Counted from the first letter of the stretch, positions 35,984-49,032 are shown. The stretch is 64,000 nucleotides of DNA from Podarcis cretensis (GCA_951804945.1 OX638159.1:45880001-45944000), one strand, 5' to 3'. Made by a program: numbers and translations. Notes: generated from the letters alone by a model not told the origin.

Positions 35984-37299
35984 GCCACTGTGAGAACTAG
36001 ATGTGCCATTGGCCTGATTATCAGACATTTCATTCATAACCCTATTAAGCAGCTAGTTATATCACTGAGTGAGTTGGATTATAGTAGATATCCATAATTT
36101 CTGGGGCCTCTATGTAATTCCCCAATGTACACATTCCCCCTCCTGTATTATATAAACTTGCCAATTGAGGACTATGCAACTGATGTAGTAGTCCATGAAA
36201 ACTTATGCCATAATAAAATTGAAGAGGTGCCGCACAATTCTTTGTTGTTTTTACAGACAAACATGGCTATGCTTCTGTATGTTCCCAATAGCTTCCCCCC
36301 TTTTCTCTGTAAATAAAGACCTCAACCGTTCCCTAAATCAAATGCTACCCCACAACTTTCCAAAGCGTTTAGCGCGTGGATCAAACATTAAGAACAGCTA
36401 TTTCAGAATGGCACAAACAACGTAATAAAACACATGAATTCCAGAACTAGACTTTTCTTTTTCTTTTTCATTTTGAAGGCTGTTTAAATGTTTCCCCCAG
36501 AATCATAGCCCATAAATTTCAGAAATGAGTCTTTGGTAACAAAGTGCACATCATAATTAAAGAAAATAATTCCTAATTTTCTGCTGCAGCATTCCCAATA
36601 CACTCGAAAGCCCAAGCTAATGAATCAATCCAATCTGAGAACTATTTGTTCTGTACATATGTTCTGCTAGTCAAGGAAAAATTGATTCCAAATGCATATA
36701 ATATAAATGCCCTGGCTATTTTTCCATTGCATTCCATGGATCAGCATTTTATTCAGATCATGCTTTCTTCCAAGTAATCCGTATGTTTACATATGAGAGA
36801 ATTTCCTTCTTTCTGTCTTTTAATTTGGAAGGCTAATGTTGCAATAATTACTTTATGCTGGCGTATGCCAGCACAACACTGTCATGGCATGTAACTCTCT
36901 AACAGCAGAGTAATCTCACAGGTCCTTAGGAACTATCCAGAGGGGGGGGGCAGTCTCTGATTCCTTAACATCGAGGAAGGTATACAAATTTGGCACATCC
37001 CACTGGAAGCCTGTTAAGTGTTGGCAACAACAGAGTTCATCACAGGAAAAGCCTAGTATATCTGTCATGATAGCCCTTGTGGAACATGACAAATTCCCTG
37101 GGAGGGGTGGATAATAACAGCACCTTCTGTGGGAAATAAATCACTACTTGCCCTTCATAAACAATAGATGGTTACCCAAAAAAAAGTTTTCAAAATGGAA
37201 AATGTGCTTCTTTCTGGTAAAGGAAATTGCATTAATAATAAAAAAAACAGACAGATTTTATGGGCAAACCTTTGCAATGCCAATAAAAGTCCCCCCCCC

Positions 37300-39183
37300 C
37301 CATTTCCCCCTCTTATTTTCTTTTGAAGTCCAAGGCGTGATTTGGTAAGTCGAGTCATGTTAGCAATTAGAAATTGGCTCATTTAAGGGGGGCTTATTTC
37401 ACGGTGAGTTGGGGAGTGATAAATCTTGAGACGCTCAAAAGGAAGAGTAAGCTTTAAAAGTGCAGTCCCCCCCTTTTTTTGTTTCAGCAACGGAAGCCAG
37501 AAATCATTGATTCGTTAAAATAAATAGGAGAGGGAGTAAGAGAGAAAGAAAGAAAGAAAAAGAGAGAGCGAGAGCGCGCTGGAGACCTCCAGGGAAGTTA
37601 GCAGGAGGGGAAGCAAGGGGAGCTAATTATGGATATCTGTATTTCCCTCGGACCAGCTTATAAACTGCTTTCTTAGAATTTGTCTGCACTTATATCCTTT
37701 CTTCCAGATCTTACCCACACGGCCTCCTTTCTTTATAGAAGGGGTGCTTGGGGCGGGAGGAGGGAGAGAGAGAGTCCGTCAGCAAAGCAACAAGCACCAG
37801 GTGGCTCTCAACTACACACTGCCAAAAAAATAAAATAAAAATCCTTCTCTAGAAAACAAGTTTTAAAAAGAGGGGGAGAAGGAGGAGGGCTCCCTAGAGG
37901 GGATTGGCTGAGAGGGGAAGACAGGAAAATTAGTAAAGCATGAGTCTCTCAAGCCATGCTGGTGGCCAGAAGGACTGCTTGAGGAGCAATTAGCTGAAGG
38001 CTGCTGCTTGCTGCTGCTGCTGCTGCTATAGGAGAAGAAGCAAAAAAGAAAAAAAGAAAGGGAAAGGAAAAGGGAAAAGGGCAGATTCTGTTGGAGTCTC
38101 TCTCTCTCTCTCCCGCTCCCAGTAGGCGCTTGCTCATTGCAACTTGCAAAAGGGTTTCAGATGTCCCAGCACCGCTGCTTGACCCCCTGCAAATAAAACT
38201 TGACCACCAGAGGCACGTCCCACCTCTCTCCTTCCTAATCTCTAGCATTTAGGATACAGCTTCCAACCTGTTGGCAACCCTACGGAGAGAGAGGGGGAAA
38301 GGACTTGTTTTGCAATCTTTTTTTCTTTTTCTTTTTTCAGGAAATATATATATGCAGATATTTGAGATACAGATATCTATCTATTTCTGGAAGATTCAAG
38401 AGAGGGGGGTGCAAGCCCCTGTTTTCTGCTTCTGAGAAGGACTGCGTTTCTGGGCTTCGGTGAGAGGAAGGTGCAGAAGTTGTTCAGGGTGGGGGGGGGG
38501 CGCTGACCCCCCTCCCGTTTCGTTTTTGCTTTCTCCCGGATTTTTTTCCCCCTTGTCCACCACCAGCTCCGCTGCAAGTGTCGTCGCTCACCCGCCTTGT
38601 CATCTCTCTCTCTCTTTGCAGACTTTCCCTCCTTGCCTCTGCGAGAGATGGTGCACAGGGCGAAATAGCCTCGCGCGCTCGCAGCAGCAACAGCAGCAGC
38701 AGCAGCAAAGCGGCAAACCAGCCCCCAGGAGTTTGGTGATGGGGGGTTGAAAGGCCTGGGGGAAGAGAAAGAAAGAAGGAGGGAGAAAGAAAAAGGAAAA
38801 GATCGCCAAGAAAATCTGCAAGCCAAACAACCGCCTGAGCTCGCCCAGAAAACTGTAAGGCAACTTTGTGTGTGTGCGTGTGCGCGCTTGTGCGTTTTTG
38901 GAAAGGACTCGAAGGATTAATAAAAGGAGGGCGAAGGAAACCGAACCAAGGAGAGCGCGTGGAAGTGGGGGAACCCAAAGTGGAGCGAAGGCACCGTTTC
39001 CTGCGGAGCGCTTGGCCCCCTGAGGCATGGAAGTCGGCGCCCTCCCTCCAGGCCAGATCAGCGCGCCGAGGTCTGTGAGCAGGAGGGCTCTCCATCAGCT
39101 GTCCCCTCGCCTCTCCCCGGGGTTCCCCCTTCCAGTATGTTTCTTTTCATGAGGCATCTCCCCGCGCCCAGAGCTTCAGTACA
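37300..39183 (+). promoter_or_regulatory. FGF10: FGF10 promoter, CpG island and long 5' leader
   Basis: TE-free, CpG-rich (continuing to ~40.2 kb), GA-rich tracts, GC box GGGGCGGGA near 37750, (GCT)n near 38000-38027 and (CAG)n near 38682-38707, directly upstream of the ATG. TSS cannot be placed. Confidence 0.75.
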
Positions 39184-39202
39184 ATGTGCAAATGGAGACT
39201 GA
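39137..39202 (+). promoter_or_regulatory. Overlapping upstream ORF (21 aa, [21 protein letters not shown]) across the FGF10 start codon
   Basis: ATGs at 39137 and 39149 share a frame, are out of frame with 39184, and stop at TGA 39200-39202. Confidence 0.7.
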
Positions 39203-39577
39203 TACAGGGTGCCTCAGCCTTCGCCCACCTGCCTTCCTCCTCCTCCTCTTCTTCCTCCTCCTCCTCCTCCCGCCGCCGCCGCAGCTTCGTCTTCCTGCTG
39301 CTGCTCTGGATGTCGTCGTCCCTGGCTGCCCCCTGCCATGAGCACGGCCAAGACATGCTGCTCCTCAAGGCCACCAACTCTTCGTCGTCGTCGTCGCCAT
39401 CCTCCTCCTCCTCCTCTTCCTCCTCCTCGCCCGCCAGCGCGGGGAGACACGTGCGGAGCTACAACCATCTCCGAGGAGACGTGCGCTGGAGGAAGCTCTA
39501 CTCTTACAACAAGTTCTTCCTCCGGATTGAGAAGAACGGCAACGTCAGCGGCACCAAGAGGGAGAACTGCCCTTATA
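39184..39577 (+). CDS. FGF10: Fibroblast growth factor 10, coding exon 1 (131 codons + 1 nt, phase-1 donor)
   Basis: Translation MCKW...GQDM...ATNSSSS...[47 protein letters not shown] matches the FGF10 N-terminus. Donor A|GTAAGT at 39577/39578 lies where exon 1 ends in other vertebrates. The ORF-track extension to 39747 is intron read-through. Confidence 0.98.
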
Positions 39578-42500
39578 GTAAGTCTCTCTCTCTTTTCTTT
39601 TTTTCCTCCTCTTCGCCTTTCCCTCGAAACGCGGGGATGGTGGGGCGGGGAGGGTGGCGTCGCGCAAGGAAGGTTGGCGCTCTGCGCGCGCTCAGAGGCG
39701 CCCTCGCCCTTCTGAGGGGTTTGGAACCGAGCGCGCGAGAGGAATAGCGGAATTGCGCCCTGGTTTTATGTGTGTGAGCGAAGTTCTCTTCACAAACCAC
39801 TTCCCAGGCATTGTTGAAATGGCTTAGAGCGTTACCGTTACCGTCCTTTCCATCTCTCTCAGAGGTGGAATCACTGTGGGGAAGAGAGAGAGAAGCTTTC
39901 CTCGTGTAGCTTTCTCTCTCTCTCTCCCCCTGCCTCTCTCAGCATCCTTTCAGGTCAGCGCTGTCTCTCCCTCGTCACTGGAATAACCAGCCGGCCCTTT
40001 GCTGCGCCTCAGCCGGGGCAGGAAAGTGTGAGGTCTTCGGGAAAGGCGGCAAGAGCCAGGAAAGTTCCGAGCACAACTTAGAAAGTGTAAAAAATGAACT
40101 AATAAAACCGGTGCGCGCTAGTGTGTCTGCTCACACTCAGACTCGGCAGATCAAAAGGCTCGGCGAAGTGAAGGAAGGGGCTGGGGAGGAGGGAGCTCTG
40201 GCGGTATCCTGACACGAAGCAAATGCTCTCTTTTGACAGTGCTTTTTAAATTGAGGGGCGATCTCTTCAAAGGGAGGGGAGGGCAACTGGCAGATAAAAC
40301 TCTTTTATATGGCCAGTGGGTTCTTGAGGGCTCCCCTTCACTTCTCAATTTCCCCCTAAATTTCATTAGCTGGAAAAGCTGGTACCCTATGGAGTTTATA
40401 CCGTGACACTCATGGGTTTTGTGTGTGTGTGTGTGTGTGTTTTGTGTTGTCAAATTCTATGTGTGGCTTGGTGGCGTCCTGTCAGTCCTTTCTTTCTCCT
40501 CCTCGCCCTGCTTTAAACGGTCTCAAGTTGCATCCCTGAGAGAGCCTTGTAAACATCTGGGGCTGCATCAAGTCATCCAGACCTCACACACATCTCGCTG
40601 TCATTTTTTTGTCTTTTAAAAAAAGAAGTCATTCTCACATATATATCTCTTTCCAGACTGAAGTGGATATAAGTAGTTATTTTTTTAGTTGTTTCTCCCA
40701 GCCTGTTTCAGGATAGTTTTAAACGACTCTGTCCTGGTGGTTAGATAAATAAATAACTGCCAAGACAAATGTCTCTAGATAAGCTGATTTTAAAAAATAA
40801 TAATTAAAAATTGCCTCTTGATATTGGTTGGGAATCCAGCAAATTCATTTTATTCAATGTTTTGTTCACGCATGGCCCTTTCTCACTCACTCATCTCAGG
40901 TTTATCCTCACAACAACCTAGATTAGACCTACTGATGACATGGTGAGTGTGAGCAGGTTGATCCGGTTTGTTTCAGGGAGTGTGTGAAGGTGTGAATACT
41001 GATCTTTCCTGGCCAAATCAGTCTACCACACTAGCTTCAGGAGACAGTCAAGGGAGAAACAGGTACACTTCTTTTCTTTTTAAGTACACTGCTCTACACA
41101 CACACACACACACGGCCTATAAATAGTGTGTGATTAACTCTGTGCCTCACAGCTATAGCTGGACAGAGCAGTGCCAATTTAATCCAAACAAGAAGCATAG
41201 CTAATGGGGGACTTCTTTAAACAGAAGGCAATGTGCAGTTTTGAGAAGTGTGGACAATGTTGCATCTTGCAGAAGATAACTACTATATAACTCTCACCAA
41301 CCCATTTATTTGTGCTTAGTTGGTTAAAGCAGCTGTGCTTTTAACAACTCATGCATTCCTCTGCTGTGGCCCCTGCTGGCTGGCTACACTTGACTTTCCG
41401 TCTGCTTTCACAGGCTTGTGTTATTTATTATCACATGTGTCAATGTGTGCAGCGGGAAATGCTTGCTCCGTTGAAGAACCACTGTATATGCCAGAGACAT
41501 TGTTTAGTTCAGGCTTTGTGAAACAGTAATGCCAGAAAGCAATCATATGACACAGAGCATTCTGGGATGTCTGAGGACTGCTTCATGAGTTCCAGGAGAA
41601 GCAGGTACATATTAAATATTGTACAGTGCAGCATATTGTATTGGTGCACTGATAAACTGGGAGTTCAGACAATGGAGACCTGGGTCCAAATGACTAGAGC
41701 AGTCATCTTCGCTCAGCTTCACCTACTTTGCAGGGCTGTTGTGACACAGAAACTGGACAACCACCTTGAGATCCATGGAAATGATATTATTAATATTGTT
41801 TTGTTTTCAAATATATAATAATAATATCCAACAGGCTCAAAGCATTAGGAGTGGTGACAGCTTAAGTGGTTATGCTTGTGACAAAGGTGCAGCAAGCAAA
41901 CTCAGGAGTTTTCTAATACTGCCTCTGAACAGAGCTGTCCAGACAACAAACCCGTTTTCATGTGTTCAGTGAATGTGCAAATGTTAGAATGGGATTGGCC
42001 AGGGTTCCTGCTCAGAGCCTTGCATTCACAGTCATGCCAAACAAATACGGACTGTCAGTAGCTGGTGGCATGAACCCCTTTCACAGATCTGTATGAACAG
42101 CCAGCCAAACCTCCTTGAGAGCTTTGTGCACAGTGAGAATGCAGTATGGTTGAGGCCATGAGCCTCTATTCTCTAAAGACAGCCTTAGCTCTGCATATTC
42201 GTCCTGCTGTGTTCGTGAAAGCACATTGCAGGGCACCAGAGTTGCTCCCCAGGTGTGTGCTGGGTATGCCATTTGAGGAACTGAGCACATACAGATGCCC
42301 CTGTTTTATGTGTTGGTAGTATTAAATTCTGCATGCTAAATATTTACTGTGTACTTGTGTCAAGCCGGCGTTGACATATGAAGCAGACCTTTGTTTTCGA
42401 CTGGCTGTTATCTTTATTCATGTAGGCATCTCCTCTTACAAAGCTGGCTCATTGTGTTTACGGAAAGTGCAGTTCTTAGGGCTTGTGCTTTTCTTTTTTC

Positions 42501-45500
42501 TTTTTTCGCCTTTGCAGGATTTTCTCTAGGGTATATTAGTTTTATCCTAGAGATGTTGCCATCTGTCGTCACCTTATGTTAGAAGTAGGCTGCATGTATT
42601 CTGATCAGAAGTTCCCCTCTGCTCCTTCTCTGTCTCACAACCCTAGAATTAAGATTTACCAAATGAAGCTGACAGGACAGCCCTTTTCAAGGCAGGCTTC
42701 TTTGCGTAACTTGCAGAATTCAACCGCTGCAAGATATAGTGATAGCTGACAGCTTAAACTGCTTTGAAAAGGATTATTAGACTCCTGGAGGTCTGTCAAC
42801 AGCTATTAGCCATGATAGCTTAATGGAACCTCCACAAACAAGTAGAGTATACCCCTTAGTACCAGGTGCTGGACAAACATGCTAGAGAAGGCTATTGGTT
42901 TCATGCCCTGCCTATTAGCTTCCCATAGCCATCTGGATAGTGTTTGGGTCAGATCCAACAGGGCAATTCTCATTCTTTCCCATTCTGAATTTGCTGCCCT
43001 CTCAGTCACAGTGCATTCTGTCTTCCTATGCATTTTGCTTTTGGAAATAGAATTTTGTTTGGTCATAATTCTGACCTTGGAAAATAACATGGTGATATGG
43101 TTGCCACCTGGCTCTCTGCCTCTCTGCCTCTGCAGCTTTTTAACATGATCCACAACTTGACACAGAGGTGTGTAGGGTGGTAGTACTGTCGTTGCAACCC
43201 ACTTTAGATCTGGCTGTGGTGAAGGAGTGGGTCCCGACTCATGAGTTGATGACCAATGTGGGTGCAAATAGTCTGAATGCACCATTAGTCTATGCTTCTC
43301 ATAGGAAGATATCTGTTAGATACATCTCCCATTAAAATTAATTTGTGACTTTATGTTAACAGGAGATGTATCTAACAGAAAACCCTGCAGGCTATTTCTC
43401 AGTGTGGCCACAGAAGAAGACCTCTGAACAGATATTCACAAAAATAAAACCCACATTTTATTTTCAGCCCTTTGGGACACATTCTCTTTTGTTTTGGGAT
43501 TCATTTTGGATGCTCTTCAGGTTTTTGAGTTTTTGCATTTCTTGCAAGTAGCATTCACGTGGAACGTTTGCCACATGAGTAAGCTGGGATGCAGAGGACT
43601 TCAGGCGACAGATAATGGCTGCACCTAATGGCAGCAAATCGCCAGTTGTCCATTTGTTTGCAATCTGAGCTTTCTACTGCAGGTGCCATTATCGTGGGCA
43701 GATGCTGGAGATGAACATAATGACAGCAGTTTAAAGATTGGTGCTTGGGAGCAAAATTCAGAGTGATGTGGGTGAACAAGGAGGACATAACTTGGAGCCT
43801 TATTTAAACTGATTTTCCTTGTCTGTGTATGCAGCACTAGCACAGCAGAGTTCAGGGCAGGCTGCTATATCAGTTGCTGCTTTTGCGCACATAGTGGGTA
43901 AGTATCTGTTTTGACAAGGCATGGGGCATGTGCAATGCCACCTGGGCTAATTCTTCGTGCCAATTCTGGAGTCATGCATTTAAATGGGTCCTGACTTCAC
44001 TGGGCCTGATTTCCTAGGTTATGCTTAGGGTTTGAGGGGGTGGGGTGGGGAGAATAAACAGAAAGTTGGGGAGAGTAACCAGCACCCGCTGATTAAAGTA
44101 GCTTCAACAAGATTCATTTCCATAGCAGGTTCGCTCTATAAATACTGTATATTAAGCACTAAATAAAGGTTTACTTTGGCAGATGTTTTCCAACTTGATT
44201 ACACAGAGCTATTACCTCAGCTTTTTCTATACCTTTAGGATAATGGGAATTGGGGGTGAATTATGGTGGTTCTGTCAAAAGTCTGGGACAGCTTGCATAA
44301 TTTAGCATTGCTGGAGTATATCTGTCACTAGATACGCGTAGGATGGCTTGGGTTTTGTTTTATTTTCTTTGCAGTTAGAGCTTTGCCCTGAAACTTGACC
44401 ACTCAGCACTCCTTCTTACCTCAGTGTTGCAGCTGCAAAAGTCCCCCTGAAAAGCTGCTCTTGAGAAGCTGATTTCCAGGCATGAACAAAGCAGCTGTAA
44501 GTCTCTCTCTGATGATGATGACTTATAACATGTGTGAAATAATAGTTAGGAGTAAGCACTCCAACTTCACTCCAGAGACGGCCCATGAAAAGTTTGAGGA
44601 TTGGGTCTCTCTCATCTGTAGTAGATTGCAAAATAGAGGACCAAATTTTGGGATGTTTGCAATTCTGTCCTAAACATGATTACTCAGAATTAAGCCCTAA
44701 AGAGTTTAATCTGTCTTACTTTCATTCTGGATAAGTTTGTATAGGATTGCAACCCCAGTATTGGTCTAACGATGGGATATGTAGACCCATGTGAATTTCA
44801 CAGTGATAAGCTACTGATGGGGGGGAATAGGTGCTTGTTTTTGTAGTTGCAATCTTGGGGTTGCATTAGGAATATCATAGAATCATAGAATCATAGAGTT
44901 GGAAGAGACCACAAGGGCCATTGAGCAATTTGAAACTGGGGAGCAAAACGAGTCAATAGCCTAAGGATGCATTACATATAAACCTTGACAGCTGCTTTTT
45001 CCTAGGGAAAAGCCAATTTGGTAGGGGACAGTTTCGAGCAGAGAAGTGCAGGGGAGGGGTGCGTAAGCCATTCTCCTCCTGCCGCTCTTCTTCAGTGATT
45101 TTTCCTCTTGCCACTTTTGTCCTGCAGCTATCCTTTCCCAAGCTGATACATACACCCAGTCTTGTGAGTTCCAGTTAAATTGTAGCCCCTAGGAAGAAAA
45201 GCATCAAGGGGAGAAGGAGCTGCAGTGGGAGAAATGACAGCCACCTAAAAGGTTAAACACACACATGCACACATTATGGATTCACCAGTGTTAACAAGGT
45301 TCTTTAAGACCAGGATCCAAATCCTCACTCAGCCATGCATCTCATGGGGAAATGTGGAACATAAACACAATATTAAATAATTTCACAAAAAGGAGGTTGC
45401 ATATTCACAGGGGTATGGGCTATTGAACAGCATAGCTGTCAACCTTTCCCTTTTTTAAAGGGAAATTCCCTTATTCTGAATAGGATTCCTCGCAAGAAAA

Positions 45501-45698
45501 GGGAAAAGTTAACAGCTCTGTTGAACAGCGGTTTCCAAACTTCTCCTTAAATAATCACTTTCAACTTCAGCCTGTTTACTGAAGAGACGCTTCCTGCCTG
45601 CTGTGGAAGCCCTCTGTTTACTTGCAGAGGATTCTGGGACATATTGTAGGCTAGGGCTAAGAAACCTGCAGCCCTCCATTGCTGTGGTACTGCACTTC

Positions 45699-47833
45699 TC
45701 TTTTTTAAAAAAACAAATATAATATTTATTACTTTTAAACCTTACAAAAAAGAAGAAAAAGAAAAGAAAAGAAGCAAAAGAAAGAAAAAAACAATACAAT
45801 ACAATATATAAACAATACACAACGCAACATTAACACATTAGACTAAACAACACAGAGCAAAAACAATTTAAAAACATACATCATACCATTTCAATGCCTT
45901 ATCTTCCATTCCCTTTATTCATCGACCTCCTCTCACCTTCCTTTTTGTATTCCACTTCTATTAATTGTTTCAGCAATTCCTTTCCATCTTTCTCTATTTT
46001 CTGTCATATGATTATCTTAACTTATTTTAACCTTATTTTCCATTAATACTATAATACTTATTTATGCTTAACTCCTTATAACATTTCTACTAAAGCCATA
46101 TAATTTCATTCCAACATTTTTCTGACACTCATTAATTTTACAGTATTTCTATAAATAGACTTTAAACTTTTTCCAATCTTCTTCCACCGTCTCTTCTCCC
46201 TGGTCTCGGATTCTGCCAGTCATTTCCATCAATTTGATATAGTCCATCAACCTGGTGATCTTCTGTCCGAGGCTCTTAACTCTTTTCCAAGTCCCTTCTG
46301 CAGATCTTCTTCATATTTATACATGCACTTTACTTTGTCTTCTTCTGATCTTGTTCTTAATTTCCTTCCTTTGATACTGAAGAGTAGATCTCGGGGAAGC
46401 TCCGACCTAGCAATGTTTTTATTCCTTCTTGACAGGTCAGCCAAATCTCCGTAGTTAAAACTAAAATCCAAAAGATATTTCAGGACGTGTTTCAAAATCC
46501 TTCCAAATCTGAAAGTCCCCACAGCTCCAATCTCCTCCTGACCCAGGTCCAGGTCCCAAAGGTCGGTAAATCCCTGCATGAGGTGATCTATCCAACTTTC
46601 CTTCTCCAGTCCAAGCAGGGCTCCAATCCTCAAAATCTGACTTTCTCTGAATTCAATCATAGAAGGCAACAACTTATAGTCATCAGATTGCCTCTGTAAG
46701 GCTGGGGCTCTCTCCCTCTCCACTTGTATTACTTTAGGTTCAACAACAACAACTTTCTCCCTCATCTTCCCCTCAGTTTGCCATGTCAAAGTAGATTCCT
46801 GTATCGATTCCTGAATAGTTTCTGTATAGATGTTCACTTTTTGTCCCAAGTTATCAATTTTGATAGTCATCAGATCCGTCTTCTTGGGGAGCTGTTCCAA
46901 TGAATCACTTATCTTACATAATGCAATCACTAAGGCTTCTTCTGTCGACATTCTTAACTGATCCAAGGTCAATACCTGGTTCTCACGGTTTTTTATCTTG
47001 CAGCTGGAGATTCCACCAGCTCAACTCTTGTAACAGTTTCAAAGGCTCCCTCTAGAGGGAAACAATTTCTATTTGTATCAATCCTTTTAAGCACAGTTCA
47101 AACAATAAAATTAGTTTCAATTTTCAGTTGCTTTTACTCCTTTTTAAACGCAGAAGGAGACAATGGAAACAATGTATTTCTCTTATTTAACTAGCTGTCA
47201 ACAGTCAGTCTTACTAGCAGCCCGTTTCCAGGTTCAGAGCGGTGGTAACTTAACTTTCTTCACTCTCTCCTGCAGGCTTACGCGATCCAAAATTTCCCCC
47301 CTCTTCTCCTGCTTCCAAGGCGGGTTTAATGATTTTAGCCGATGGAGGTTTAATCCTTTACAGAGGACTTTCCAAGACTTTAGCTTGCAAGCTCTTTGCT
47401 TCAACCTATTTACAAAAGGGGAAGGCGGACTTCCTGTTTGAAACCTCCCTGTTTTGGTGCCAAATTAAGACGTTTAAAAATCCAATTTTCTGTTCTACTC
47501 ACGGGTGGTTGTTTAGGATCAAATTGTCCACAGGAAAAAGTCAGCGCTCTCCGGCAACAGCAGTGCGGCTTCACTCTGTGAAAGAAGCAGTCAATTTGAA
47601 GCACCGTGCCGCTCACCCCACGTTGCTCCGGATCCCCGAAACCGGGTCTCCCTGCGAGTAGGGGAGGCGCAAAAGGTGCCAGCCGAATCCCACATTCACA
47701 GGCTTCTCCCGTCTGTGATTTTTAGTGGGTCTCCGCCTTCGCCGTGGCAGCCAGACCCTGATTTCCACGGAGCAAATTCCTCCTGATCAGAGGAATTCCA
47801 CCATTGTCGGAGGTGCCAACCCGGAAGTCCCAC
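45699..47833 (-). mobile_element. Full-length non-autonomous L1 derivative (HAL1-like), inserted in a hAT MITE
   Basis: 13-bp TSD GGTACTGCACTTC (45686-45698, 47834-47846), CpG-rich 5' end GGACTTCCGGGTTGG, ORF1-like ORF 46247-46972, last ~40 codons of ORF2 (~46125-46250), 3' UTR, AATAAA and A tail. Confidence 0.88.
46247..46951 (-). CDS. Diverged L1 ORF1p-like protein (coiled coil plus partial RRM/CTD)
   Basis: Heptad-like N-terminal half, then LRIGALLGLEKES, ELPRDLL and FSIKGRK motifs reminiscent of L1 ORF1p. First ATG at 46951. Confidence 0.6.
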   Translation of the reverse strand: MSTEEALVIALCKISDSLEQLPKKTDLMTIKIDNLGQKVNIYTETIQESIQESTLTWQTEGKMREKVVVVEPKVIQVERERAPALQRQSDDYKLLPSMIEFRESQILRIGALLGLEKESWIDHLMQGFTDLWDLDLGQEEIGAVGTFRFGRILKHVLKYLLDFSFNYGDLADLSRRNKNIARSELPRDLLFSIKGRKLRTRSEEDKVKCMYKYEEDLQKGLGKELRASDRRSPG

Positions 47834-48784
47834 GGTACTGCACTTCCCATCATCCCTTGGCCATTGGCCATGCTGGTTGGGACTGATGGGAATTGGAAGT
47901 CCCACCTCATCTGGAGAGCCACTGATTCCTCATCCCTGTTCTTCTGCTTTGAACAAAGTTGACTTCTGTTGCACCTACGCCCTAGAACATACCCATTGTT
48001 CTCCACATGGCTGCACAAACTGTCTTTCTCGGAAGTTTGTCTGCCATTGCTCTTGTCATTGACAAACTCTGATGGGTTCCTGAAGATCCCTAGTATTTAG
48101 TTTGAAAGCTACTGCTATGTAGCATAATTCCTATCACAGGGAGTTTATTCCCAACATAGCCTGAGTCCAGCTCCTCAGTTTTAAAACCATCAAACAATAG
48201 TATGGCCAGTTTGCACTTGCTGAAGAGGCTTTGCAGTGTCTGGTTACATAAAAACATTGAGTCTTTGCTGGCCATTATATTAACTTGAAGGACTGTTGGA
48301 AAGGTTAAAATGGAAATAAGAATGTGACGAACAACAGGTGACCATGAGAAGGAATGAATCTTTTGGATTAGGCAGCAGTTCTTGGATGCTTTATAGGAGA
48401 AGGATAAGTGGACAGGTCAATCCACTTGCTGAAATACTGTTACGGTGCTTCCTACACCAGAGTAGCATTCTGTTCCTGGATTCGTTGTGAAGGTTATTAC
48501 ACACCACTGACGCAGGGATGCATCATTTAGGGTTGACCCGAGTTAACATTCTCTAAGCAATAAATGTTAAATGCAGCCTGAATGCAATAAATTAGGCATT
48601 TATTTGTTTTTTAATAGTACGCATGTCCAATTCAATATCCTTCTGCCTTCCAATCCACTCTCCATTTGCGTTGCATCTTTAGATTGTAATCCTGAGGCCA
48701 GGGACCATCTTTTCCTTTATTGGTCTTTAAGCTGCTCTGGGAGCCTTCTTCGAATGAAGAGAGGGATAAAATTATTAAATAAAT

Positions 48785-49000
48785 GGACTTCCGGGTTGGC
48801 GCCCCCGGCAATGGCGGAGCTCCTCCGATTGGGAGGAACTTGCTCTGTGGAAAGTTGGGTCTGAACCGCCACGGCGAAGGCGGAGACCCATTGAAATCAC
48901 AGGTGGAAGAAGCTTGTGAACCTGGGATTCGGATGGCACCTTTTGCGCCTCCCCTACTCGTGGGGAAACCCTGTTTTGGGGATCCGGAGCGACGTGGGGA
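48785..49000 (+). mobile_element. Isolated 5' end of the same L1-related family
   Basis: Aligns by eye to the reverse complement of 47616-47830. Followed by (TA)n at ~49036-49066. Confidence 0.85.
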
Positions 49001-49032
49001 ACTGCTTACTTTCTTTCATTTTGGAGGAGGAC

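Noticed and set aside
38377-39468. Several long antisense and alternate-frame ORFs around FGF10 exon 1
   Set aside because: Expected in GC-rich triplet-repeat sequence; no recognisable protein.
39578-39747. C-terminal extension of the 187-aa FGF10 ORF
   Set aside because: Lies past the canonical GTAAGT donor; intron read-through.
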